Below the pieces are notes generated by a model. It was not told the origin of the DNA. It was given only the letters and a program-made list of their open reading frames with translations, and made no database searches. A DNA stretch of 56,447 nucleotides. Origin: Vulcanimicrobiota bacterium (lineage in GTDB: Bacteria; Vulcanimicrobiota; Vulcanimicrobiia; Vulcanimicrobiales; Vulcanimicrobiaceae). A program made the position numbers and the translations under genes. The DNA lies in the NCBI GenBank assembly GCA_003135555.1, contig PLCF01000090.1, positions 1-56,447 of the forward strand, given 5' to 3'. This document shows, piece by piece, positions 45,476 through 55,170 of the stretch (its first letter is position 1; every line of letters starts with the position of its first letter).

Positions 45476-48247
45476 TTACCCGGCAGGGTCGAGTACCGCC
45501 AGGGCCCGCGCGTAGAGGGCGGCCTGCATTCGCCCGTACACTGACGGGTCCATCGCGTAGCGTCGCCCGGCCAGCTTGTCGGCTTGGCGCGAGAGGTCGA
45601 CGATGCGCGCGCCGCGCGCGGTGTCGGCGTCGGGCCGGCTCTGGTCGGTGCGAGCCAGGAGCGCCGCGATGCGGTTGCCCTCCGCGCTCGCGGTCTGCGC
45701 CGGCACGGCGATCGCGTCGTACGGTGCGGCATCGCCGCCCGTCGCCGTGAAGAAGTCGCTCATGTCGGTCGCGAGCAGATCGCCCAGCGAGAGCGTGCCC
45801 AGCCCGAGCAGCTGTTCCGACGTCTTGAGCACGCTTACCGTCGACTGGTGGTGCATCCCGACGTAGTGCCGCTTCGCGAACGGGCCGGCGACGATCGCGT
45901 AGGTGCGGTACTCGTCGACGTGGTCGCGCGATGACTGCGCGTCGTCGGGCGTGACGAACAGCGCGGTCTGATTCCACGACGGCAAGTGCGACAGATACTG
46001 CACGATCAGCCCGAGCGCACGGTCGCCGTCGGCGACCTCCTCAGGGATCGGCGGGATGCCGGGGCCGACGCCGGTGTGATCGGCGGGCAGCCAGATGTAG
46101 GTGTAGCGCGGCTGCCGCCCTTGCCGCACCATCGCACCGTAGTCGCGGATGAACTCCTTGGCGCGCCGCTCGTCGCGGATGCGCAAGTTCCAGCCCGGAA
46201 AGTTGAGGTCGACGTGGCCGTCGAGGACCGACGGCGCCGGAACGTTGAGGCTGTAGAGTCCGCCCAGGCCCTGCGTCGGCGCGTCCTTGTCGTCGATCCC
46301 GGCATACTGCGGATCGTCGATCTTGGGATCTTTGGCGAGGCCTTCGTCGTAGCCGCTCAGCCGGATCATGTCGCCGTAGTCGCGGAACGGCAGCCGGTGG
46401 CGTGCCAGCGCGTTGAAGATATAGCCGAGCCGTGGGTAGTCCTCGGGTTCTTCGTTCTTGTTGACCAGCGGCGCGCGACCGCCTTTGGCAAACATGGTGC
46501 GCTCCGTGTAGAGCGTGCTCATACCGCCCGCGAAGAACTGGTGCCCCGCGTCGGACTCCTCGGCGTCGGCGAAGAAATTCACAGCGAGCCCGTAGCGCCG
46601 TGCCAGCGCGTGCAGATTCGGCGTCACGCTCGACCCGAACGACACCAGCGACGGATCGCCGTAGGGCGCACCGATGTCGCCCAGCATCGCGTCGAAGGTC
46701 TTGTTCTCTTCCAAGATCACGACGACGTGCGTGATCCCTTTCGGATAACGCACCGGGCTGGTCACCACGCGCCGCGTGTTTGCCAACGTGTGCATCGTCG
46801 ACGACTTGAGCTGGACCGTCGACAGGTCGATCTTTTGCAGGGTCGACCAAACCGCGTTGGAATCGGCCTGGGTCGCATAGTCTCCCGTGAAGCCGGCGTC
46901 GTGCCCGAAACCCTTCGTGTTCACGACGTACAGGGTGCGCCCGTCGTTCGCGAGCGCGAGCGCCGTCGGGTACCAGCCGGTCGGGATGAGCCCGAGGCGG
47001 TGCAGGTGAATCGGGTCGCGCGCATCGATGACCGCGACGGCGTTGAGCCCGGCCAACGCAACGTACAGGCGCGCGCCGTCGGCGGAGAGCGCGAGCGCGG
47101 AGGGTTGCGTTCCGTACGGGCCCTTGTCGAACAGGCGCAGCTCGGTGCCGCCGACGGCGCGCGGCGTGCCGCCCAGCGCGACGGTTGCGACGCGGTCGAC
47201 GTTGGTCATCGCGACGAACGCGTACGCGCTGTCGCGGGTGGTGGCGACCGCAGTCGGATGCGCGCCGCCGACGGTGCGCATCCCGTCAGGTGCGGGGTCC
47301 AGCGCGAGCGCCGCCGCGGCGAACGGCGGCGCGTCTTGGGGTAACGCCGAGAGATCGCCGCCGGCCGCAAGCGGCACGAACGATAGCGCCGAGGCGTGCG
47401 ATGGATCGGACGCGGGGCTGGTAAAGGGCGGCGCGGCCGCCGGCTGCGCCAGGTTGCCGTACCGCATCAGCCCCTCGTCGGTGACGACGAGCCGGTTACC
47501 GGCCAGGGCGGCGCCGAACGGGAAGAAGCCGACTTGGGCGCTCGGACCGCTCAGCGTGCGCGTCGCGGTGTCGATCGCCGACACCGTTCCGGCCGCTTCG
47601 TTCACGACGTAGGCGCGGCGCTTGTCCGGTGAGAGCAGGATCGTTCCGGGATAGCTGTGACCGCGGTCGGCAAAAGCCGGATCGGTCGGGCCGGGCACCG
47701 TGATGACGTGCGTCGCGTCGGCGGCGAGGTGTCCGTTCGCGTCGAGCGTGAACGCGTAGACGACGTTGCCCGGGCCGCCTGCCGCCAGCACCAGCGTGCG
47801 CCGGGGATCGGCCGGATCGGCGAGCGCCACCAGGCCGACCCAAAACTTTTCGCCGGTGGCTTGATAGCGGTCGACCACGCGCATCGACGCCACATCGACG
47901 ACGGCGAGCCCGAAGCCCCCGGTCGCGTTCGGGTCGACCAGCGAGTGCACTTTGGCTTCCCGCTCGTCGTCGTCGGAGACGACGGCGAAGCGTCCGTCCG
48001 GGCTCAGCGCGACGCCCAGCGCGTTCATCCCGGTGACGACGCTCTCGCCCAACGGCGTGACGAGCCGGCCCGACGGCAGCACCGCTTCGTAGACCGCCCC
48101 GCGGAAATGCCCGGCCGGGATGTTGCCACCCGGCGCCGCGTAGGTCACCGTTGCCGTATGCTTGGCGGGGCGTGGGTGCGCCGCCAGCGCAGCGTGCGGG
48201 ACGGCGGCGAGCAAGACGAGGGCGGCCGCGAGGCGGAAGTGCTGCAT
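45476..48247 (-). CDS. secreted YncE-like beta-propeller + phosphoesterase (alkaline phosphatase superfamily)
   Basis: Signal peptide, YVVN/IPTGWYP blades, ENKTFD, SDAGH, DDAQSSRDHVD; GAGGAG SD before ATG 48247. Confidence 0.85.
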   Translation of the reverse strand: MQHFRLAAALVLLAAVPHAALAAHPRPAKHTATVTYAAPGGNIPAGHFRGAVYEAVLPSGRLVTPLGESVVTGMNALGVALSPDGRFAVVSDDDEREAKVHSLVDPNATGGFGLAVVDVASMRVVDRYQATGEKFWVGLVALADPADPRRTLVLAAGGPGNVVYAFTLDANGHLAADATHVITVPGPTDPAFADRGHSYPGTILLSPDKRRAYVVNEAAGTVSAIDTATRTLSGPSAQVGFFPFGAALAGNRLVVTDEGLMRYGNLAQPAAAPPFTSPASDPSHASALSFVPLAAGGDLSALPQDAPPFAAAALALDPAPDGMRTVGGAHPTAVATTRDSAYAFVAMTNVDRVATVALGGTPRAVGGTELRLFDKGPYGTQPSALALSADGARLYVALAGLNAVAVIDARDPIHLHRLGLIPTGWYPTALALANDGRTLYVVNTKGFGHDAGFTGDYATQADSNAVWSTLQKIDLSTVQLKSSTMHTLANTRRVVTSPVRYPKGITHVVVILEENKTFDAMLGDIGAPYGDPSLVSFGSSVTPNLHALARRYGLAVNFFADAEESDAGHQFFAGGMSTLYTERTMFAKGGRAPLVNKNEEPEDYPRLGYIFNALARHRLPFRDYGDMIRLSGYDEGLAKDPKIDDPQYAGIDDKDAPTQGLGGLYSLNVPAPSVLDGHVDLNFPGWNLRIRDERRAKEFIRDYGAMVRQGRQPRYTYIWLPADHTGVGPGIPPIPEEVADGDRALGLIVQYLSHLPSWNQTALFVTPDDAQSSRDHVDEYRTYAIVAGPFAKRHYVGMHHQSTVSVLKTSEQLLGLGTLSLGDLLATDMSDFFTATGGDAAPYDAIAVPAQTASAEGNRIAALLARTDQSRPDADTARGARIVDLSRQADKLAGRRYAMDPSVYGRMQAALYARALAVLDPAG

Positions 48248-48262
48248 GGTCTCCTCGCGCAT

Positions 48263-49696
48263 TTAGCGCAGTGCCTTGGCGAGACGCTCGACCGAGCGTA
48301 ACAACGCCTCATCGTCGAGATCGCCGAACGAGAGTCGCAGGGCCGGCGGGCCGCTGCGGGTCGGATAGAACGGATCGGCGGGCATCACCAGGACACCTTC
48401 GCGCGCGCACTGGTCGAACGCCGCCTGGGTTGAGAGACGAGGCGGGAGGCGCAGCCAGACGTTCGTTCCGGCCTGCGGCGGACGCACGTCGGCCCAGGGG
48501 AGCGCGCGGGCCAGCGCGTCGACGAACAGGTCGCGCCGCCGGCGGTACAGCGCCCGCGCCGCCTTGAGGTGGCGCGGATACGCGGGCGTGCGCATGAAAC
48601 GCCACAGCGCACGCTGCGTGAGCGTCGAGGTGAACGAGTCGGTGCGCACCTTGGCGGCCTCGATCGAGTCGCGCATCGCGCCTTTGACGCGCAGATAGCC
48701 GATCCGCAGCGCCGGAAAGATCGACTTCGAGAGCGACTCCATCATCACGACGCGGCCGTCGGTGTCGTACGCGGCGAGCGGCGGCGGCGCCAACTCCTCG
48801 TATGCCAAGGTCCAGCCGGTCTGGTCCTCGAGCACCACGACGTCGTAGCGGCGCGCGAGCTCGACGATCGCCTTACCGCGCCGCGCCGGCAGCACGACGC
48901 CGGTGGGGTTCTCGGCGATCGGGCAGATCGAGAACAAGCGCGGCCGGTACTCGGCGAAAACGCGCTCGACGTCGTCGATCCGCACGCCGTCGGCGTCGCT
49001 GCGCACTTCCACGTAGCTGGCGCCGCGCGCGTCGAACACGCCCAGCGTCCCCGGGTAGGTCGGCGATTCCGAGGCGACCACGGCGCGGTCGGAGAGCAAC
49101 ACCGAGGCGATGAGGTCGGCGGCCTGCTGCGCTCCGGAGGTCACGATGATCTCCGCAGCGGTCGCATCGCAGCCGCGCGCGCGCAAGCCGTCGGCCAGCG
49201 TCGCGCACAGGTCCGGATCGCCGGTGTTGGCGCGGTACTGCATCACCTCGGGCGGGTCGTCGGCGAACGTGCGCTGCATCGCGCGGCCGAACTCCGCCAT
49301 CGGGAAGGTTTCGGGAGCGGGGTTCGCCCGCGCGAGCGAGATGACGCCCGGCGCCGTCGCTTGCGCGAGCCGGTCCATCACCCCCTCCATGCGCTCGCCG
49401 CGCGAGAGCAGTGAGGGCTCCCAGGTGCGTGCGAAGGGTGCATCCGCGGGCGCGGACTGGGGCGCTACGAACGTCCCGCGCCCCACCCGCGAGACCAGGC
49501 GTCCGCGCGCCGCGAGCGACTCATAGGCCTGCGAGACGGTTACCAGCGCGACGTCGAGCTCTCCGGCGAGGGAACGAATCGGCGGCAGCCGCTCCTCGGG
49601 CGCGAGCTCGCCGCGTTCGATCGCCGATGCCAACGAATCCGCGATCTGCACGTACAACGGTCGCGGATCGCGCTTGTCGAGCGTTATGGCAAGCAT
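48263..49696 (-). CDS. MocR/GabR-type GntR regulator with PLP aminotransferase domain
   Basis: PLYVQIA..RLPPIRSLA..GRGTFV, TSGAQQA, NPTG, SLSK, ALRLSF. Confidence 0.9.
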   Translation of the reverse strand: MLAITLDKRDPRPLYVQIADSLASAIERGELAPEERLPPIRSLAGELDVALVTVSQAYESLAARGRLVSRVGRGTFVAPQSAPADAPFARTWEPSLLSRGERMEGVMDRLAQATAPGVISLARANPAPETFPMAEFGRAMQRTFADDPPEVMQYRANTGDPDLCATLADGLRARGCDATAAEIIVTSGAQQAADLIASVLLSDRAVVASESPTYPGTLGVFDARGASYVEVRSDADGVRIDDVERVFAEYRPRLFSICPIAENPTGVVLPARRGKAIVELARRYDVVVLEDQTGWTLAYEELAPPPLAAYDTDGRVVMMESLSKSIFPALRIGYLRVKGAMRDSIEAAKVRTDSFTSTLTQRALWRFMRTPAYPRHLKAARALYRRRRDLFVDALARALPWADVRPPQAGTNVWLRLPPRLSTQAAFDQCAREGVLVMPADPFYPTRSGPPALRLSFGDLDDEALLRSVERLAKALR

Positions 49697-49708
49697 GACC
49701 GCGAACGA

Positions 49709-50392
49709 CTAACGTTCGTCTAGGCGATAGCCGATGCCGCGGACGCTGCTGATCGCCAGCGTTGCGCCGACTTCGTTGAGCTTCTTGCGCAGCGCCGCGA
49801 CGTGGACATCGACGACGCGGGTCGGGACGCCCGAGACGTCGTTCCACACCCGTTCGAGGATCTGCGCGCGCGTCAGCAGCTTGCCGACGTTTTCGGCCAG
49901 GTACCACAGCAGCCGAAACTCGAGCGCGGTGAGCGTGACGCTCTTTCCGCCGTTCTCGAGGGTGTGGAAGTCGCGCACCAGCGTCGCGCCGCCGACGGCC
50001 AGGCGGCCCTCTTGATCGGTCTTGCGCGAACGCTCGCGCCGGCGCAAAAAGGATTGCACGCGCGCGACGAGCTCGTTGCCCGAAAACGGTTTGCGGATGT
50101 AGTCGTCGGCGCCCAGGCCCAGGCCCTTGAGCACGTCGTTCTCGCTGGAATGGGCGCTGACCATCAAGATGAAGGCGTCGGACGAGTTCGCCAGCGATGT
50201 GCACACGTCGAGTCCCGAGATGTCGGGCAGCTCGACGTCGAGCAGCACGATCGCGGGCTTGAACACGGGCTCCGCTTCGAGCCCGGCCGACCCGGTGTTC
50301 GCGATGCGGACTTCGTAGCCGCTGCGCTCCAGGATCATCTTCTCGAACGTCGCCACCTCGGGGTCGTCCTCGATGATGAGAATCCGGTCCAT
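49709..50392 (-). CDS. OmpR-family response regulator
   Basis: ILIIEDD, LLDVELP, GADDYIRKPF, LTALEFRLL, VRGIGY. Confidence 0.92.
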   Translation of the reverse strand: MDRILIIEDDPEVATFEKMILERSGYEVRIANTGSAGLEAEPVFKPAIVLLDVELPDISGLDVCTSLANSSDAFILMVSAHSSENDVLKGLGLGADDYIRKPFSGNELVARVQSFLRRRERSRKTDQEGRLAVGGATLVRDFHTLENGGKSVTLTALEFRLLWYLAENVGKLLTRAQILERVWNDVSGVPTRVVDVHVAALRKKLNEVGATLAISSVRGIGYRLDER

Positions 50393-51843
50393 CAGCGAAC
50401 GCCCGCCGGCTCCGCGGTTGCCTCGTCGTCAGGCATCAGCAGCTCGCGACGCGCGACGCCGTCGTCGAACGCGGCTTGCGTGACCGCGCGCGCGACCGCG
50501 TCGACGACCCGCGTGTCGAACACGCTGGGGATGATGTACTCCGCGCTGCGCTCGTCGCCGACGATGTCGGCGATCGCGCGTGCCGCGGCCAGCTTCATCC
50601 CTTCGGTGATCTTGCGGGCCCGGCAGTCGAGGGCGCCGCGGAAGATGCCGGGGAACGCCAGCAGGTTGTTGATCTGGTTGGGGAAGTCGCTGCGCCCGGT
50701 GCCCACGACCGCGGCATAAGGGGCGGCGAGGTCGGGCATGATCTCCGGGGTCGGGTTGGCCATCGCGAAGATGATCGGATCGCGCGCCATCGTGGCGATC
50801 CACTCCGCCTGCAAGATCCCCGGTGCGCTCACGCCGATGAACGCGTCGGCGCCCTTGAGGACATCCTGCAGCGAGCCGTGGCGCTGTTCGCGGTTCGTGT
50901 TCTGGGCCAGCCAGGTCCAGTGCGCGTTGCCGTACTGCAGATCGCGGCTCAGTGCGCCCTCGCGGTCGACCGCGATCACGTCGCGCACTCCGGCGGCCAG
51001 CAGCATCTTGATCGTAGCCGTCCCGGCGGCGCCGCTGCCGGTCAGCACGATGGTGAGCTCGTCCATCGGCTTGCCGACGACCGCGGCAGCGTTCATCAGC
51101 GCGGCGAGGATGACGACGGCGGTACCGTGCTGATCGTCGTGCATCACGGGGATGTCGAGTTCCTCAACCAGGCGCCGCTCCACCTCGAAGCAGCGCGGCG
51201 AGCTGATGTCTTCGAGGTTGATTCCGCCGAAGATCGGGGCGATGCGCTTGGCCGTTTCGACGATCTCGTCGACGTCTTTGGTGTCCAGGCAGATCGGGAA
51301 CGCGTCGATGTCGGCGAACTGCTTGAAGAGCATGCACTTGCCCTCCATCACCGGCGCCGCCCCGTAGGGACCGATATCACCCAGACCGAGGACCGCGGTG
51401 CCGTCGGTGAGCACGCACACCGTGTTGCGCTTGATCGTGAGCGCGTACGCTTTGTTGGGGTCCTTGGCGATCGCGCTCGAGACCCGCGCCACACCCGGGG
51501 TGTAGACCGTCGAGAGATCTTGGCGGGTCTTGACCGGCCGGGTGATGCCGGTGCGGATCTTGCCGCCCAAGTGCGCCAGGAACGTCGAGTCGGAGACGTT
51601 GAGAACGCGCACCCCGTCGAGGGCTTCGAGCGCCTCTCGGACGCGGTCGCCCACCAGCTCGCTGGGCACGTTCACCGTCACGTCACGGACGATCGTCGTC
51701 TTCCCGACCGTGCGCGTGTCGACCGCCCCGACCATCCCGCCCGCATCGCCGATCGCCGAGGCGAGCACGCCGAACGCGCCGGGAGTATTCTGCGTCTCGA
51801 GTCGAATGACGAGCTGAGTGCCGATCGAAGGGGCGGAGGCCAT
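50392..51843 (-). CDS. NAD(P)-dependent malic enzyme with N-terminal ACT domain
   Basis: YTPGVA, DGTAVLGLG, NLEDI, HDDQHGTA, GRSDFPNQINN; ATG at 51843. Confidence 0.92.
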   Translation of the reverse strand: MASAPSIGTQLVIRLETQNTPGAFGVLASAIGDAGGMVGAVDTRTVGKTTIVRDVTVNVPSELVGDRVREALEALDGVRVLNVSDSTFLAHLGGKIRTGITRPVKTRQDLSTVYTPGVARVSSAIAKDPNKAYALTIKRNTVCVLTDGTAVLGLGDIGPYGAAPVMEGKCMLFKQFADIDAFPICLDTKDVDEIVETAKRIAPIFGGINLEDISSPRCFEVERRLVEELDIPVMHDDQHGTAVVILAALMNAAAVVGKPMDELTIVLTGSGAAGTATIKMLLAAGVRDVIAVDREGALSRDLQYGNAHWTWLAQNTNREQRHGSLQDVLKGADAFIGVSAPGILQAEWIATMARDPIIFAMANPTPEIMPDLAAPYAAVVGTGRSDFPNQINNLLAFPGIFRGALDCRARKITEGMKLAAARAIADIVGDERSAEYIIPSVFDTRVVDAVARAVTQAAFDDGVARRELLMPDDEATAEPAGVR

Positions 51844-51966
51844 CGACCTCCGGTACGGTATCGTTCTACGGGTGTCCTCGCCCATCAGCGCTCGCCGTTT
51901 TCCTGGACGGCTCTGCCCAGCGGTCGGTGCTCGACGGCCCCGGCATGGTGAGCGCATGCTGACGCC

Positions 51967-52923
51967 ATGATGTCCGCCACGGACGCGGCGACCGGCGCCC
52001 TCGGTGCGCTGGCGCTGATCGCGGCGGGGACCGGCCCGGCGCTGCGCCGCCGTCGCGAAACGCTCGAAGCAGCGGCCGCAGCAGCCGTGGCCACGGGGGC
52101 GCTGATCCTCGGGGGCGCCGACGGCGTGCTCGCCGGCGTCGCGCTGGTGCTGGGCGCCGCGGCGGCCGCGCGCTATGCCCACGCCGTCTTCTTGGCGACC
52201 CGCGACGGCCCGGCACGCCTGTTCGCGACCTTCGAGCGCGAGAGCCAAGCCAAGGGCCGCTTTCTGCCGCGCACGCTGGTCGATCGGCTCGGACGGGACT
52301 TCGCCGACGTGGCGCTCGGGGACCGCGCGACGGCACCGATGACGGTCCTGTTCGCCGACATCCGCGACTCGACGGCGCTGACCGAGCAACTCAGCTCGGA
52401 GGACGCCTTTGTCCTCATCGCCGACTTCTTCGCGCGCTCTGCGCGCGTCGTGCGCGACCACCGCGGCAGCGTCGACAAGTACCTCGGCGACGGCTACATG
52501 GCGCTCTTCCCGCGCTGCGTCGAAGATGCGCTCGACGCGGCACTGGCGCTGCAGGCTGCGGTCGCCGAGCTCAACGGCGAGGGGCTGGGGCCGCCGATCG
52601 AGGTCGGCATCGGGCTGCACACCGGGCCGGTCACCTTCGGCACCGTCGGCGACGCGCGCCACATCGACACCACCGTCGTCTCGGACACCGTCAACACCGC
52701 CAAACGGCTCGAAGGGATCTCCAAGCGCATGGGCATCCCGGTCGTCGCGACCCGTGACGTGCTCGCGGCGGTGCGGGATCCCGCGCGGTACGGCGGCCGG
52801 CCGTTGGGGCCGCAATCGGTACGCGGAAAGCGCGAGCCCGTCGAGGTCATCGCGGTCGAGGCGGTCTCCGACGCGCGCCACATCGCGCCGGTTCGCACGC
52901 CTGCTCCCGCAAAGCAGACCTAA
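51967..52923 (+). CDS. class III adenylate/guanylate cyclase, membrane anchored
   Basis: LFADIRDST, DKYLGDG, GIGLHTG, SDTVNTAKRLE, VRGK. Confidence 0.9.
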   Translation: MMSATDAATGALGALALIAAGTGPALRRRRETLEAAAAAAVATGALILGGADGVLAGVALVLGAAAAARYAHAVFLATRDGPARLFATFERESQAKGRFLPRTLVDRLGRDFADVALGDRATAPMTVLFADIRDSTALTEQLSSEDAFVLIADFFARSARVVRDHRGSVDKYLGDGYMALFPRCVEDALDAALALQAAVAELNGEGLGPPIEVGIGLHTGPVTFGTVGDARHIDTTVVSDTVNTAKRLEGISKRMGIPVVATRDVLAAVRDPARYGGRPLGPQSVRGKREPVEVIAVEAVSDARHIAPVRTPAPAKQT

Positions 52924-54356
52924 GAGAACACGAAGCCGCCGACCTTTCCGTCCTTGTCGATCGACAGCGTCAACGGCAGCACCTGGCCGCTCGTAAACGT
53001 CGCGCTGTAGTGGTAGACGGAGAACCCTTGCGCCATCTCCTGGCTGCGAAACGTTAGCGACTGCAGCGCGCCCAACGGCGCGAGTTGCGCTGCGGTGGCG
53101 CTTAGTGCCTGTGGCGTCAACGCTGCGTTCATCGTGTCGTTCAAGGTGGAACGGTCGAGCTTACCCTGCTGCAATCCGCCCAGAGTGGCGCGTGCCAGCG
53201 CGGTGATCTGGGGATCTTCGGTCGCGGGCGCGGGTCGTGACGCCGCGCGTTGCGCGAAGAGCACGGGATGGGTTTGCTGCAGCACGGCGGCGTTGACGAC
53301 GGCGGTGTGAAAGTCGAAGGCGTCGCTCAACACGACGATCGCGAAGCGGTCCGGCGGCAGCAGCTCGTTCTCCGCCTCGAACCCCGGCACGCCGCCGTGG
53401 TGCCCGACGAACGAGATGCCGCCGGCGGTGACCATCGTCAGCCCGAGCCCGTAGCGCACGCCCGCGCCCATGCTCGGTGCCGGGACGGCACTGGATTGCA
53501 TGAGGGCGAACGTCGCGGGTTTGACGAGCCGTCCGGCCATGAGCGCGATGTCGAAACGCGCGATGTCCGCCGCGGTCGAGACGATGTCGCCGTCGGCATA
53601 GAACCATGACGACGAATAGGGCAGGGCATCCGTTCCGGTGGCGTCCATGTAGCCGTGGGCGAGCGGAACGCCCGGCTGCGGGTCGCCGACCGTCGTCGCG
53701 TTCAGCTTCGCCGGAACCAGGATGTGAACGCGCTCGTAGCGCGCGAGCGGCTGGTGCGCCACCGCCTCGACCACGAGCCCGAGCAGCACGTAACCGGTGT
53801 TGCTGTAGCCGAACTTCTCACCGGGCTTCGCGTCGAGCGCCCGGGGACCGACCCAGTTCACGATCGCGGCGGGCGTCGTCGGCGTGACGACGCGCCCGCT
53901 GCTGAACGCGGCGTCGCCGTAGTTCCAAAGGCCCGAGGTGTGCGTGAGGAGCTGGCGGATCGTCACCTCGCGAGCGTGCGGCGCAGCGGGCAGGTACGTC
54001 GCGAGGGGAGCATCGAGTCCGATGCGCCCTTGCTCGACGAGTTGCATCACCGCGACCGCGGTGAACATCTTCGTCACCGAGGCGACGCGAAAGCGCGCCG
54101 CCGTCGTCGCGGGCGTCTTGGCCGCGAGGTCGGTGACGCCGAAGGCGCGCTCGTAGACGATGCGGCCCTGCTCGACGACGGCCACCGAGAGCGCCGGCGA
54201 CAGCCCCTTGGTGCCGCCGGTCGCGGCCCGAATGGCGACGTCGATGCGCTGCGCGGCCTCCGGGGTGATATCGGCCGGCGCGCTCGCAGCCGCGCCTGGA
54301 AGTGCCGGCGCAGCCAGCACGGCGATCAAGACCAGCCCGAAGAAGCGCAGCATCAT
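52920..54356 (-). CDS. secreted serine hydrolase (beta-lactamase class C-like)
   Basis: SVTK, LLTHTSG, YSNTGY, HHGGVPG; signal peptide. Confidence 0.88.
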   Translation of the reverse strand: MMLRFFGLVLIAVLAAPALPGAAASAPADITPEAAQRIDVAIRAATGGTKGLSPALSVAVVEQGRIVYERAFGVTDLAAKTPATTAARFRVASVTKMFTAVAVMQLVEQGRIGLDAPLATYLPAAPHAREVTIRQLLTHTSGLWNYGDAAFSSGRVVTPTTPAAIVNWVGPRALDAKPGEKFGYSNTGYVLLGLVVEAVAHQPLARYERVHILVPAKLNATTVGDPQPGVPLAHGYMDATGTDALPYSSSWFYADGDIVSTAADIARFDIALMAGRLVKPATFALMQSSAVPAPSMGAGVRYGLGLTMVTAGGISFVGHHGGVPGFEAENELLPPDRFAIVVLSDAFDFHTAVVNAAVLQQTHPVLFAQRAASRPAPATEDPQITALARATLGGLQQGKLDRSTLNDTMNAALTPQALSATAAQLAPLGALQSLTFRSQEMAQGFSVYHYSATFTSGQVLPLTLSIDKDGKVGGFVFS

Positions 54357-54443
54357 CGCTCCTTCCATACCACGGCAGCCGCAATCCGTTCCACGTCGAC
54401 CCGAATATCAGGGCGCGAACCGTCCGATAGCGAACGCTGGGGC

Positions 54444-54627
54444 GTGATCGTTTGGGTCCTTGCCGCGGTCGGGGCGGCGGCTTCGATCGCAGCGCAGCCG
54501 GCGCTGCGCAGCGGACTCGGTGCGCGGAAAGCGCGAGCCGATCAACGTCATGGCGGTCGAGCCGGTGCCCGACGCGCGGCACGTCGCGACGGTGCGGACG
54601 ACGTCGCCGGCAAAACCTCTGGCGTGA
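54444..54627 (+). pseudogene. remnant of the adenylate cyclase gene (diverged 3' tail, possibly plus an N-terminal fragment)
   Basis: 54517-54627 encodes SVRGKREPINVMAVEPVPDARHVATVRTTSPAKPLA* vs cyclase tail SVRGKREPVEVIAVEAVSDARHIAPVRTPAPAKQT*. Confidence 0.85.
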
Positions 54628-54658
54628 TCGCAGCCGCCCGCAGGATCGCGGCGAGCGG

Positions 54659-55069
54659 CTATGTGTGGTGTTTCATCGCGGGCAGCGCGCCGCACGACAT
54701 CGTTTGCGTTCCCGAGGTTTTGAAAACCGCGACGACGTACGGCCCGGACTTCGGAGCGACTCCCTGTAGCCGCGTGTCGGACCTGCCGCCGATGACCGGG
54801 CTCAGCTTGTACGCGGGATCGCCGTCCAGCTTCGAGCACGTGCCCGCATAGATCCCCGCCGGATACTGGTTCTCCGGAATGAAGACGCCATCGAGCACGA
54901 TGCGCACGTCGACGACCGCCGGCTTCATCGAGAGGTGGGTGAACGTCGCGGTTCCGCCGATCCTCGACCCGTGCTGCGGCAACAGCGGAACCTTCACCGG
55001 CGGCACGTCCGCCACCGCCGCACTGCCGACGATGAGTGCAAAGGGGAGCGCGAGCAAAAGCGAACGCAC
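54659..55069 (-). CDS. hypothetical secreted protein (CHRD/Cu-Zn-SOD-like small beta domain)
   Basis: AAAGGAG SD, GTG, signal peptide, GGTAT, PAGIYAGTC, YKLSPV..G.S.T, SCG. Confidence 0.6.
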   Translation of the reverse strand: MRSLLLALPFALIVGSAAVADVPPVKVPLLPQHGSRIGGTATFTHLSMKPAVVDVRIVLDGVFIPENQYPAGIYAGTCSKLDGDPAYKLSPVIGGRSDTRLQGVAPKSGPYVVAVFKTSGTQTMSCGALPAMKHHT

Positions 55070-55170
55070 GACGGATGCTCCTTTCGAGAGCGAGCGAATG
55101 CAGGCTCGTTTGCCCGCTCCGTTCGAATTCCTTGTCAGGAACAACAGCCCGCCGCACTGAACTACCCGCC

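Noticed and set aside
50392..52881. 829-aa malic enzyme with a long N-terminal extension
   Set aside because: The extension is antisense to the adenylate cyclase; the real start is ATG 51843
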